This document shows, piece by piece, positions 45,853 to 58,669 of a stretch of DNA of 64,000 nt; positions within the stretch are counted from its first letter, which is position 1; the number at the start of each line of letters is the position of its first letter. The DNA is taken from contig CBFFRQ010000018.1 in assembly GCA_965644315.1 (NCBI GenBank), forward strand, positions 1,054,001 to 1,118,000. Reading direction: 5' to 3'. The stretch is from Caecitellus pseudoparvulus (Eukaryota > Protista > Bigyra: Bicosoecida). The position numbers and the translations under genes were made by a program. The notes beneath the pieces are model-generated. The model saw nothing but the letters and a program-made list of their open reading frames with translations, was not told the DNA's origin and made no database searches.

Positions 45853-48232
45853 CTAGCCTTCAGCCGGACTCACAGTGTACGACACGCGGGTCTCACCCTT
45901 CTTGACCTTCAGCTTCGTCACAGTGACAGTGCCCAGCTCTCCAGCACGATGGACATGGGTGCCTCCACACACGCAGCCGTTATTCGGAGCACCCACACAG
46001 ACCGCTCGCAGCGGCCGCTGGGCGAGCCCTGGCGCCAGCGACTCAGCTGCCACGCCAATGTTTGCCAGCCCGTCAGCGTCAGAAGGCGACAGGAAGTGCA
46101 CGTCGGTGGGGACATCCTCAGCGACGAGGCGCTTCAGCTCAGCATTGAGCCTCTCCACCAACGGCGCTCGTTCCGGCGCAGGCACGGCGCCTTCATAAGC
46201 CACCCACGCGCCATCTGGAAAGTGGTACCCTCGCCCCGGCACCAGCTGCACACCCACTCGGCGCATGGCAAGGTCGAGCAGGTGCCCTGCAGAGTGCAGC
46301 CGGGCAGCCAAGGACCGTGTGGGGCTGTGGACTGAGCTGGTCACCTTGGCGCCCGCGAATTGCTCGACTGAGGGGGCTGCCGCGCTGTCCCCGTCCACGC
46401 TGCAAAATAGCACAACTGCACTGGTGCCGGGCGAAGGCAAGGGCATGCTCCGAGCCGCTAGGACACGCAGGCATGCAGCTGGGTCGTGGACGACTAGGGT
46501 GCCGATGTCGCTGGGTTGCCCGCCCCCCCGAGGGTGGAACACACACGTGTCAAGCAGCAGACACACCACACTGGACGGCACCACGTCCGGCGGCAGCTTG
46601 GGCAGCTGCCCTTCCAGGCGCAGGGGCAGGGCAGGCAGGGGCACGTGGGGCCTGTCCTCTTTCTCCCCTGTCTCGGGGTGTCGCCCGGCTGACAGCACTG
46701 CCCCTGGCGCCACGCCGCCTGCCGAGAGCGCCACAGCGCACACCTTGCCGCCACTGCCCTCCAAGGCCTCACAGCGACCGGCTGCCACGATCACGGCGTC
46801 GCGCTCCAGCTGCTGGCTGTCTCGCATGTACAGCCGGTCTGTCTCCAGAGCCAGCGGCGGCCGTTGGGCCGCTTTGCGTATGGCGGTGACAGCCCCCACA
46901 ATAAGCTCCGCAGCACGCTGCACCTGGGCAAGCGTGGTGAACTTTCCGACAGAGCAGCGCACTGTGCTCAGGGCCACTTCAGCTGGCACGCCCATGGCCG
47001 TGAGGACGTGGCTTGGGCTTGCTAGGCCGCCCTCCTTGCATGCCGCACCGGCACTGACGGCCAGCCTCCCAGCCAGGGCGGCCTGCAGTTCCCGCGCGGC
47101 GACGCCGGGGAAGGCGATGCTGAGGGTGTTGGGCAGGCGTCTCTCTGTGGCGGCGGGGCCGTGCGTCAGGAAGGGGTGGGGCTCCTCCGCAGACCCTGCC
47201 GCGGCGCCCAGCCCCTCGGCAATGCCCTGTAGCAGGGCGGCACGCAGGGCCTCCAGCCGTGCACGGCCGCTCGAGGCCAAGGACGCCCCGGCCGCCTCAC
47301 AGGCGGCGCCGAGGGCCACAGCGCAGGGCACGGGCTCCGTGCCGGGGCGCCGGCCCGCCTCCTGCCCCCCCCCGAAGAGCAGGGGCGCCGGCATGCGCTC
47401 CGACGGCACGGAGCAGGCCACCAGGGCGCCGATGCCCTTGGGCGCGTACAGCTTGTGCCCGGCCACTGTGATGAAGTCCGCCCCTGCGGCGGGCAGCCCC
47501 TCCACGGGCACCTTGCCCAGGCTCTGGCTCGCGTCGACGTGCACGAGGAGGGGATGGGGGTTGCCGTCCGCGGCGCCCCTGGCAGCCGACACGATGGAGG
47601 CGATGTCCTGCAGGGTGCCCACTTCGTTGTTGGAGTGCATGAGAGACAGCAGCACGGTGTGGCGGGTCACAGCGGCCGCTGCGGCAGCGGGGCTCAGGAA
47701 GCCCTCCCCATCCACTGCCAGGGTGGTCACGGTGGCCAAGCCTTGGGACTGGGCGAACGCCAGTGTGCGCTGTGTCGCACAGTGCTCAACTGTGCTGGGC
47801 GGGGCGGGCACACTGCGAGGCGGTGGGTGCGCGCGGCAGATGGCTGGCACACGCACTGGCAGTGGTGATGACGTGTGGGAGGTGTGGGGCAAGCGCCGCA
47901 GCGCACCGGCGAATGGTTCCGAGAATGGCCCAGTTACTGGCCTCTGTCCCGCCCGACGTGAAGGTGACGCTGGGGGGCCCGAGGTTGAAGAGGGAGGCCA
48001 CCTGGGCACGGGCCTGCTCCAGCGCTGCTCGGGCCGATTGCCCGTACTCGTGTGACGAGGACGGGTTCCCCCACGCTTGGAGCATGGCATCATGGGCAGC
48101 ACGAGCAACGTCTTTGTCGACGGGGGTGGTTCCGTTGTAGTCCATGAAGATGCAGCCCTCATGAAAGCCCTCGGTGGAGGGCTGGGCAGGGCCAATTCCC
48201 GCACCAGCGGCTGGTGGGGCTGCGCCCTCCAT
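45853..48232 (-). CDS. Fusion: selenocysteine lyase/cysteine desulfurase (class V PLP) + AlaX tRNA-editing domain
   Basis: Exon 1 (48232..47857) and exon 2 (47789..45853) are separated by a 67-nt intron. Lyase motifs: MDYNGTTP, GNPSSSH, FTSGGTEA, HSNNEVGT, HVDASQ, AGHKLYAPKG (PLP Lys), RPGTE, SAGAAC (catalytic Cys). AlaX motifs: TDRLY, FHPRGGGQPSD, HSAGH and CGGTH (Zn ligands). Confidence 0.9.
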
Positions 48233-48384
48233 TGGAGGAACGGAAGGGGGGCCGAAACAACTTACAACACAAAAACACCCTACGTGCAAGTACCAGCTTC
48301 GGTGTGCGTGTTGCATGTGTTTTGTGTCAGCCTGTCAAGTCGTTGGGCTGGGTTCTGCGTTTCGCTTGCGTTTCTGCCTCAGCC

Positions 48385-49806
48385 ATGGCAGCCGCGCCTG
48401 AGGCTGCCTCTTCAGGCACGCGCATCCCGGTCGCAGTTGTGGATGACCACCATCATGTGCTTGCTCATTGGCAGCGGTGGAAAGATGCAGGCCTTCTGCC
48501 GTCTGGGGTGCACATGGTTCACTTTGACTCGCACGCTGACCTGGGCTGTGGCTCCCCGCTGGACGCGAGCGGAGACCTCGCCGCCGCCCAAGCCAGCCTG
48601 TCGAGATCTGACAGCGGCATCGCGGAGTGGATTCTTCCGCTAGCCTTTTTTGGGGATGTGGCCTCCGTGCACTGGTGGCGTCCTCGCTTCATCACCGAAA
48701 CAAGCGCGCCCGCAGAGCACCCTGATGAGGGCAGCAAGCCTCAGCTCGAGGGAAGCAGCCCACCCTCCGATGCAGGCAAGGGGCTGTGCACTGTTGTGCA
48801 GTGGGGTGCTGACCAAGATGTGGTGGTGGGGAAGGATACACGACCGCCTCCTGCGGCTGCCCCGAGCACCGCAGCTGAAGGAGAAATCCGCCTGGCAGTG
48901 CACTTCCCTGCCGCGTACTACGTGTCGGAAGGCGCCCACGCCCCTCTTGACTGCTTGGAGTCTCCAACAACATTTAATTTGACAGTGGGGAGTGAAGCAC
49001 GCCTTGATATGCAGGTGCCCGAGCCTGACGAGGCGTGCAGCGCGGCGCAGAGCAACCCGTGGGTTCTGGACGTCTGTTTGGACTACTTTCACTGCAGGAA
49101 CTACTTCATGGAAGACATGCTGTCCCACTTGTCCAGAAACCAAGTCGCAACGTTGAGGCGGGTGTTTGACGCAGAAGCTGCGATTGTCGGCATGCCCATA
49201 GAGCGTGCACAGGCTCTCGTGCGTGAGCACACGTGGCTTCTTGGCTGCATGCTGCGCTGCTCGGTAGAAAGTGCGCAGCCCTCACCACGACTGAATATGC
49301 CAGCATTTTTTGAGGATGCTGGTCTTGAGCTGCAGGAGTTCACGCGCGAAGCAGGGGAGGGCTTGGCGACGGTGCTGCACGAAGCCGGCCTTGCCCTTGA
49401 AGCCGCGCAGCTGCACTCCGCTGCGGAAGCCTTCAAGGAAGGAGACACTTCGCTGCCCGAGGCAGCCAGTGACCAGCCCCTTGTCGCGTCGATGATAGAG
49501 TCCGGAGGGCCGTGTCTGATCCAGCCTCACACAGCAACAACTGCTGAAAGCATGTTGGACAGCTTGGGCCGCTTCAAGGAGTGGCTGGCCTCGCAGGCCA
49601 CGCTCCCGGCAGCCATCACGATTGCGTGCTCCACTGGAGACGAGTTTGTCCCCCAGAAAGTGGTGCGGTGGCTGCTGCCTCAAGTGCTGTCCAGCATCGG
49701 AGAAGCCTGCGCGTGTGGTGGTTTGGAGTCGCAGGGTTCCCTTTGCATTCACGCAGACCCATCTGTGGAGCACTTTCTTGGTCGATCCAGCTCAGACTCT
49801 GGATGA
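48385..49806 (+). CDS. UPF0489 (C5orf22-like) protein
   Basis: Motifs IPVAVVDDHHHVL, MVHFDSHADL, IAEWILPL, WVLDVCLDYF and ITIACS. Confidence 0.85.
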   Translation: MAAAPEAASSGTRIPVAVVDDHHHVLAHWQRWKDAGLLPSGVHMVHFDSHADLGCGSPLDASGDLAAAQASLSRSDSGIAEWILPLAFFGDVASVHWWRPRFITETSAPAEHPDEGSKPQLEGSSPPSDAGKGLCTVVQWGADQDVVVGKDTRPPPAAAPSTAAEGEIRLAVHFPAAYYVSEGAHAPLDCLESPTTFNLTVGSEARLDMQVPEPDEACSAAQSNPWVLDVCLDYFHCRNYFMEDMLSHLSRNQVATLRRVFDAEAAIVGMPIERAQALVREHTWLLGCMLRCSVESAQPSPRLNMPAFFEDAGLELQEFTREAGEGLATVLHEAGLALEAAQLHSAAEAFKEGDTSLPEAASDQPLVASMIESGGPCLIQPHTATTAESMLDSLGRFKEWLASQATLPAAITIACSTGDEFVPQKVVRWLLPQVLSSIGEACACGGLESQGSLCIHADPSVEHFLGRSSSDSG

Positions 49807-51871
49807 TGCTCCCCGCATAGGACCACGCTGAAGGGTGGCCCCCCTGCTCCTTCCGCTGGCAGGATGCTGACTTGGCCGGCTGTAGGTCCGACACGCTGGT
49901 TGTGAGCGCTCACTGCAAGTAGGGCTGCAGCAAAGCCACCGGCGCAGTGCCCTGCTTCCTGCAGAAGCACGGAACACTGATGTTCTGTGTCCTCACCGGC
50001 TGCTGCAGCCAGCACTGCATCCCGAGCCCGGCGACCGAGCACCTCCGCCTGCGAGTGTTGTGCGCATGGGTGAGGTGAGAAAGCAGGGCATAGCTGTCTT
50101 CACGCACGCTGTGCCGTCGATCAGCTTCTCCATCCTGAAAGGCGATGGACCGCAGGACCTGTGCCATGAGCTGCTGCAGCGAAGTTTTGCTCGTGCGTGC
50201 TGGGCGTGCAGAAGGCTGCAGCACTGCCAAGAGGTCCTCCACGTCGGCAGCGTCCAAATTGTCCAAAGCTGCAACAAGCTCCGCGTCCTCCATGTCGGAC
50301 CAGGCAGGCGACGCCCGCGAGTGAACCTTGTCGCTGCCCTCTGCTGGGACTTTGGGTGACGGCGTAGTATCTGGTATTTGAGCTTTCGTTGGCTCCAAGC
50401 TCTCAAGCAGGTGCTCCAGTGCAGCTGCACCGCGAAGGGCAGCGTCATCGTCTGCTCCCGCATTCTCACAGCTCCCGCTGCGCTCCTTCACGGCTGCTGT
50501 GGGGACGCCCTTCTTTGCCCCCGGCATACAAGCCAAGGCAGCTTCGCGTCGACTAGCAAGTCTGCTCAGTCCTGGGCCGGTGTCTGGGGGAGAGAGCAGC
50601 AGCTCTCTGGCCTGCACAAGGCGCTCCTGGCTTCCTATGATTGAGGCGATGCTGGGACTTTGCAAGGCAAGCTCCCACGCTCTCTGACTTTCTTCCAGTT
50701 GTGCAGCCCTCGAAGCCTGAATCTGTGGCAGGGTCTGCTCGCAGACCAAGCTCCTACTCCACCAATCACTCCTATTGCGACCCTGCAGCTTCCTTGACAT
50801 GTTTGCCACCTGTTGCCGGGCCTGGGCAAGGTTTGCCTGCGTCCAGGCGAAGTAGGCCGCGCTTGATGTAGGCTGGTCAGGCGCCCGGGCCCGTTTCCTG
50901 TCCCTCGCAGGCTGCCGCTTCGCTTCGAGCGCGCGCATGGTCTGCTGCAGGTCCGCGGGGATCGACACAGAGCAAGGGCTTTCCCAGTGCGGAGCATCCA
51001 TCATGAACCACGTCATTTCTGTGCCTTTTCCGCACTCGGCAACGCACCTCGGCGCTGGCGCCCGGAAGCCAGCGCCTCTGCGCAAGGCAGGGCCAGCAAG
51101 CATGATCTCACGCGGCGCCTTGAGCCCCGCCCCTCGAGCAGCGAACCTGGTGGTCCTCTTTCCTTCTCTTTGTGCCTTCTCCAGTGCGCCAGCTGCGTCC
51201 TCAGCCGCATCTGCCACAGGTTTGCCCCAGCGCGCCAGCCACCTGAAGTCAACTGGTTGCCTCGCTTGAGAGGGCACAGCAGGGCTGGCGGAGGGTGGCG
51301 AAGCTGCTGACGTTCTGCTTGGGGCGGAAGGTGGTTGTCTCACATGTTGTTGTGAGGCAGCGAGGGATGTGCTTGTGGGGCTCCGCGGCTGAGTTGCACA
51401 GCGCTTCTCTGGCTCTTGATCTTCCCCTCCGGCGGCACGCCCTTCAACAGGCGAGGCAAGTGCGCCCCCCCCAGGCAGAGCAAACCAAGACGGTTGGTCC
51501 AGTTCCCGAAATTCAGACCGGAAGCGGCGAAGGAGAGCTTGCGCGCCCGGCGTCAGGCCCGCCTGCTTGTCTGGCAGTGGGAGCAAAGCAGCCTGCACGC
51601 GCGGGTTCTGCAGCAAGCCCGCACCGACACCTGGAGGCAGCGTCGCAACGACAGCCCACGGAGCCGCAAGAGCAGCCTTTGTGCTGTACCTTCCCCACGC
51701 GTCACTACCTCTCTGGACGTTGCTGGCGTTCAGCGCGGTGATGGCCGTGCGAAGCGAAAGTGGTTGCAACGCAGCATCTGCGTCAGGCATTGCAGCTTCT
51801 TCACTGCCAGGCGCCTCACGTGCGGCTTCGGAGTGTGCATGGCTACGCGCAGAAGTCTGCACGGTGAACAT
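49749..51871 (-). CDS. Hypothetical protein; start uncertain
   Basis: A 653-aa ORF. A phase-0 GT-AG intron (50107..50049) shifts it into the frame of ORF 49749..50042. No family recognised. Confidence 0.5.
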
Positions 51872-52416
51872 GACTGCAAGGCGCTTCTCAACTCTGGTGA
51901 GCGCCCCAGAAACAACCCTGCACGGGAGAGATTCGTTGTGGAGGTGCTTGCATGAAACGCCGCGTTTCCGAGGCTCTTCACAAACCGTGCAATTCTCCCT
52001 GTCTGGGACACACTTTTCTGCAGTGCTCCAGCATCTTCATCGAGTGCATGCCTGTCAGGTAAGGTGTCGGATGGCTTGCTTGGCAAGCGGTGGCTGCCAA
52101 GTCCGGCGTTCGCTGCCGGTAATGTGGCAGCACGAAGTCGCTTGGCACCACCCATGGCACTGGCAGTTGCAATGGATGGGTCCCTTGAAAGGTGGGTCCG
52201 ACCGGGGCACAGACTCGGGGCTGTCGCCAAGCCTACATGTCGGGGATCGCCGAAGGCTTGCGTGGGCGGTGACCGAGCCACGGTGTCCTCAAATTCACGG
52301 GAGCTCATTCGGCGCACGACTGTGCAGCACCCGCACACGCTTCAAGCAGAAGCACACAGGCTTGGGAGTGGGCGTGTTGGGTCACGCACAATGGGTGGTG
52401 CATTGGACGTGGGATT

Positions 52417-54291
<1,875 letters not shown>

Positions 54292-54598
54292 TTACCGGCA
54301 ATTGGAATGTGAAGGATAATTGTGATGCATTCTCATTTTCGGGGCCATAAAGGGCTCCTCAATAACAACGCGTTCTTTACCACGGGGAAAAAACAAATCT
54401 GTATCCTTCACAGAAGAATACAAACAAGTTAAGAGTGGAGTTCGCTCATGTCCTCCGCACTGCGGTTGGAGGTTTGTGAGGAATCTGCACATAGCTGCGT
54501 GATAAAACAAAGACCTCCAGAGCCTTCAAAGGGACTCCTGGGTCTATAAACAATGGAACCTGCACGCATTTGCGTGATAAAGGGTTCCTGCTTGCGCC

Positions 54599-56086
54599 TC
54601 ACTCGCGACGGGCGGCCTTCGCCTCCGATGCGCAAGACATGTCAGTGGGCTGGCCACCTTTCTCGCGTGGACGCCGGCGCCCACCGAGGCGTGGCAATGT
54701 CTGGCTGGCGGCAGCCATGTTCTGCAGGAAGTGCATCAGACGGCTCATGTCTGCCACATTGGCAGGTGCAGGACCTGCGGCTGCCGCTGCCGACGGAGGA
54801 ATAGCGGGCAACACAAAGGGCAAATTTGGGTCGGCTCGAGCCAGGGCCAGATTCGTGGTAGTGCACGGTACCTCCTTGCCGGTGGCCGCCCTAGCCGTGA
54901 ACAGGTCCGGTGTAAGCTTCTTCACCACGGTAATGTCCGAGGGGAAGGCGGCGTACGCACCCATGCTCGGCACGTGCACTCGCAGACGCAGCCGAAGGTG
55001 GCCCACGTCAGACGAGATGGGCAGGTGGTGCAGGGAGGGCAGGAGGTACACGACGCCAGGCTGGGGTGCTCCGCCCAGTGCATGCGTCAGGCTCTCTACG
55101 AGGGCCTGGTCGCTCATGCGACCGCGTTCCAGAGGGGCGCATCCCTCATCACGCTTGGTGACGTCATCCTGGATGACCAGGGCCTTGCCATCCAAGGTCT
55201 CGCTGAAGTACACCAGGGAGAAGACGGCGCGAACTGCTTCCACAGGCTGCAGGTCATGGTTGACGGAAGTCGTCTTGGTGCGGCGGTACACTGCTCTGCC
55301 CAGCTCGTCATGCAGCTGGAGGTCGACACAAGACAAGAGCTCAGTGGGGAAGAAATCCACCATGCGGGTTGCTTTCCCAGGGATGAAGTTGTACTCGCCC
55401 GTGTACTTCCTCATCGTCTGGTCAACGCCTGCACTGGCGCCCCACACTTGCACCACAGGCCGGCGCGTCTTGGACGAGCATATGGCCAAGGTGCAGTGTT
55501 GGAGGGCTGCGTGCGTGTCCCCCACTGAGCCGTCTTGGGGCAAGATATTGCGGACATCACCCACCACGGTGGGAAGGTGCCCGACAATGGTCAAGCCCTT
55601 GGGTTCAGGTGAGGCAGCGGAGCCGCTAGGGCTTTCACCCTGACCACTCGCAGCCAAGTGCTCAGACACACAGCCTGGCGGGGTAGCTTGGATACCCCCA
55701 ACGGGAGGTATAGCAATGGAGCAGGCTTCCGCGAGACTCTCGGCTTGAGCCTGGAGCAGGGGGTTTGGCTCAAGCCCGGAGCACGGCACAGGCTGCCCTG
55801 GTTGCACGCCAGTTGTGCTTTCACCCTCAGCACCTCCGGCGCCTCCCTGCTGCTGGCCAGCGCCTCCTGGGAGTAGCCCTTCCCACGAGCCGGTCTCGGC
55901 GTGCGAAGGTGTTCCTACAGGGGGTAGGAGTGTGTGGCTGTCCACAGGATCCAGGATCAGCAAGCCTTGCGGGTTGGGGGTCGTTGAAATTGAATCAAAT
56001 ACAAGCGACTCCACGCTGACACCAGGGGTTGCCTGAGGTGCGGATACTTGAGGAACAAAGCCCGTGGAATGGTTCTGGCTCGCCAT
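54599..56086 (-). CDS. Hypothetical protein, tandem paralog 1; putative Ig-fold (p53-like/CudA-like) DNA-binding domain
   Basis: The ATG at 56086 follows a ccgcag acceptor. The conserved core ends in ISSDVGHLRLRLRVHV...SDITVVKK, and there is a C-terminal basic NLS-like RRRPR. Confidence 0.65.
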   Translation of the reverse strand: MASQNHSTGFVPQVSAPQATPGVSVESLVFDSISTTPNPQGLLILDPVDSHTLLPPVGTPSHAETGSWEGLLPGGAGQQQGGAGGAEGESTTGVQPGQPVPCSGLEPNPLLQAQAESLAEACSIAIPPVGGIQATPPGCVSEHLAASGQGESPSGSAASPEPKGLTIVGHLPTVVGDVRNILPQDGSVGDTHAALQHCTLAICSSKTRRPVVQVWGASAGVDQTMRKYTGEYNFIPGKATRMVDFFPTELLSCVDLQLHDELGRAVYRRTKTTSVNHDLQPVEAVRAVFSLVYFSETLDGKALVIQDDVTKRDEGCAPLERGRMSDQALVESLTHALGGAPQPGVVYLLPSLHHLPISSDVGHLRLRLRVHVPSMGAYAAFPSDITVVKKLTPDLFTARAATGKEVPCTTTNLALARADPNLPFVLPAIPPSAAAAAGPAPANVADMSRLMHFLQNMAAASQTLPRLGGRRRPREKGGQPTDMSCASEAKAARRE

Positions 56087-57139
56087 GTCGTCCGTCTGCG
56101 GAAAGGCGGCCGAGTTCGGCTTGACACGACAGCAGAAACGGCGTCGAAACCCACCACGCCAAGCGGCGTGCAGCCCGCGCTCCGCGCAGTCACACACAAA
56201 CCACCGCACGACACAGGCACACATGCAGCAGACATGCAGTGTGGAGACACTTGCCGCAGGTGGGCGGGTGCGAGGGCGTGCGACAAGCACCCGTTCGCAG
56301 CGAGGTGCCGTTGGGGACTGTCGTCACGCACGGGTGTCGGGGGAGATGACTGGTGACGGGGAAGGTCGGGGGTGCGCGAAGGGCGGGGTGGTGCGGTGAG
56401 AGGTTGCAGGAGCTGAGAACAAGTGTACGGAGAGGTAAATGTGGCAAGTGCGAGTGACTGTGGCCTGTGGCGACCCCGCCCAATTTCCGCGGGGGGGCGA
56501 GGGGGTGCTCGCAAGGTGCACGGTGCTGGAGCAAGCCTTCTGTGACCCCATCTCACACACCTGCCACCTTCCCTGCATCGTAGCTTGGCCTTCCTGCCCT
56601 TTCATCTCCACTGAACGCGTGCTCATCCGCACGGTATGCCGGCATCGCGAGGAGTGGGCTCAAGTTCCCGTCCCGCTGGCGCTGCACAGGGGTTCCCCCC
56701 CACCCCCCACACTGAGAACTGCCTGTGCAGGCCAGAGCAGCGCCACCCACAGACCAGCGTAGCATGTGGCAGGCGTGCGTGCCATTGCCTTGCACGCTGG
56801 CGCTGTGACTTCACGCAGTGTTGCTGGAGCCATGCTCGGCTCTCGCGATGGGGCACAGGCGCAGCTCGGCGACGGTGTCATGCAGAGGCAGTCTTCACGC
56901 CAAGCCTGGCACTGCTCGGCGTCGCCCACGCTCCTGTGGTGTGGTGCGTGCAGTACAAAGGAAGTGTATTTGTTGCATCGAGGCCAGTGAATGACCTCTC
57001 CACAATAAATAAAAAAACCGCCCGTAGTATAGGATACACGGGCAACTGAGGTGAGGGGTGCCAACGGTCCACCTCCCGGCGAAGTGATGCACACGTTGCA
57101 GAACTTGTTCGCATCTGCGAGACAAGCCTTGCTAGTGCT

Positions 57140-58669
57140 TCACTCGCGCCGGGGGGCCTTGGCTTTGGAATGTTGCTCATCCTCGTCCGCTGTGTAAACG
57201 GCGTGATAGAGCATTTCGGCATACAGGTCGACTTCGTCGCGTGGACGACGGCGACCACCGAGGCGTGGCGATATATGGCTGGCGGCAGCCACGCTTTGGA
57301 TAGAGTGCATCAGACGGCTCATGTCTGCCACATCCACGGGTGCAGGACCCGCTGATGCAGGCGGGGCATCTGGCACAGTAGTAAGAGGGGGTTGCGGGTC
57401 AGCACGGGCACGGGCTAGGGGCGTGTCAAAGCACGGTACCTCCTTGCCTGTCGTTGACGTTGCCTCCAGCAGGTTCGAGGTCAGCTCCTTCACCACGGTA
57501 ATGTCCGAGGGGAAGGCGGCGTACGCACCCATGCTCGGCACGTGCACTCGCAGACGCAGCCGAAGGTGGCCCACGTCAGATGAGATGGGCAGGTGGTGCA
57601 GGGAGGGCAGGAGGTACACGACGCCAGGCTGGGGTGCTCCGCCCAGTGCATGCGTCAGATTCGCCACAAAGGCGTGGTCGCTCATGCGACCGCGTGACAG
57701 AGGGGCGCATCCTTCTTCGCGCTTGGTGACGTCATCCTGGATGACCAGGGCCTTGCCATCCAAGGTCTCGCTGAAGTACACCAGGGAGAAGACGGCGCGA
57801 ACTGCCTGCAAGGGCTGCAGGTCATGGTTGACGGAAGTCGTCTTGGTGCGGCGGTACACTGCTCGGCCCAGCTCGTCATGCAGCTGGAGATCGACACAAG
57901 ACAGGAGTGCAGGGGGGAGGGAATCCACCATGCGGGAGTCGCCCGGGGTGAAGGAGCACTGGTCCAGGTTGCTGAGCATGAGGTGCTCGATGGCAGTGCT
58001 CGCGCCCCTCAGTTGCAGCAATGGACGGCGCATGTTGGACGAGCACTTGACCAAGGTGCAGTGTTGGAGGGTTGCGCGGGAGTTCCTCACCAGCCCATCC
58101 TGAGGAAGGATGTTGCGAGGGTCACCCACCACGATGGGGAGGTGCCCGTCAATGGCCAAGCCCTTGGGTTCAGGTGAGGCAATGGAGCCGCTGGGGCTTT
58201 CGCCGTGCCCACTAGCAGCTGAGTACTCGGACGCAGTGCCAGGCGGGTTTGCCTGGGAAGGCTCCACCGGAGGAACGTCAGGGGCGAACGCTGCCGTTGG
58301 GCTCGCCGCTTGGACCTGCTGTGGTGTAGAAGCCTCTGGCTTGGGCAATGAGACAAGGTCGACTTGCACGTCATCCTCATCGTCGAAGTCACCCTCGGCG
58401 CCAAGCATCTCGGGTGCGCCCCGCGGAAGTCCACAAGCGGGAGGAGGTCGGGCATCAGGGGTTGCACTTGCCGTCAGGCCAGCTGGGGCTACACCTTCCC
58501 AGAGGCCCAGGTGGTCTTGTGAGGGTGCTCCTCCACGGGAAAGGAGTACAACGTCTGGCCCGGTTTCAGAGGCGAGTGAGTCAAGCCGGACAGCATGGAG
58601 TGGAAGGAGTTGGGCTGGGAGTGGGAAGATTTCTCTTCCAATTTCCGTGAAATGGTGAGGGTTGGACAT
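57140..58669 (-). CDS. Hypothetical protein, tandem paralog 2; putative Ig-fold DNA-binding domain
   Basis: 509-aa ORF collinear with paralog 1. The core is near-identical at the DNA level, offset by 2568 bp. Confidence 0.65.
   Translation of the reverse strand: MSNPHHFTEIGREIFPLPAQLLPLHAVRLDSLASETGPDVVLLSRGGAPSQDHLGLWEGVAPAGLTASATPDARPPPACGLPRGAPEMLGAEGDFDDEDDVQVDLVSLPKPEASTPQQVQAASPTAAFAPDVPPVEPSQANPPGTASEYSAASGHGESPSGSIASPEPKGLAIDGHLPIVVGDPRNILPQDGLVRNSRATLQHCTLVKCSSNMRRPLLQLRGASTAIEHLMLSNLDQCSFTPGDSRMVDSLPPALLSCVDLQLHDELGRAVYRRTKTTSVNHDLQPLQAVRAVFSLVYFSETLDGKALVIQDDVTKREEGCAPLSRGRMSDHAFVANLTHALGGAPQPGVVYLLPSLHHLPISSDVGHLRLRLRVHVPSMGAYAAFPSDITVVKELTSNLLEATSTTGKEVPCFDTPLARARADPQPPLTTVPDAPPASAGPAPVDVADMSRLMHSIQSVAAASHISPRLGGRRRPRDEVDLYAEMLYHAVYTADEDEQHSKAKAPRRE

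Noticed and set aside
47790-47856. Apparent frameshift or pseudogene in the desulfurase
   Set aside because: A 67-nt GT-AG intron explains it and restores VITTAIEH.
49749-50200. Kleisin-like (condensin/cohesin) C-terminal winged helix
   Set aside because: The resemblance is only vague and no convincing N-terminal kleisin motif is present.
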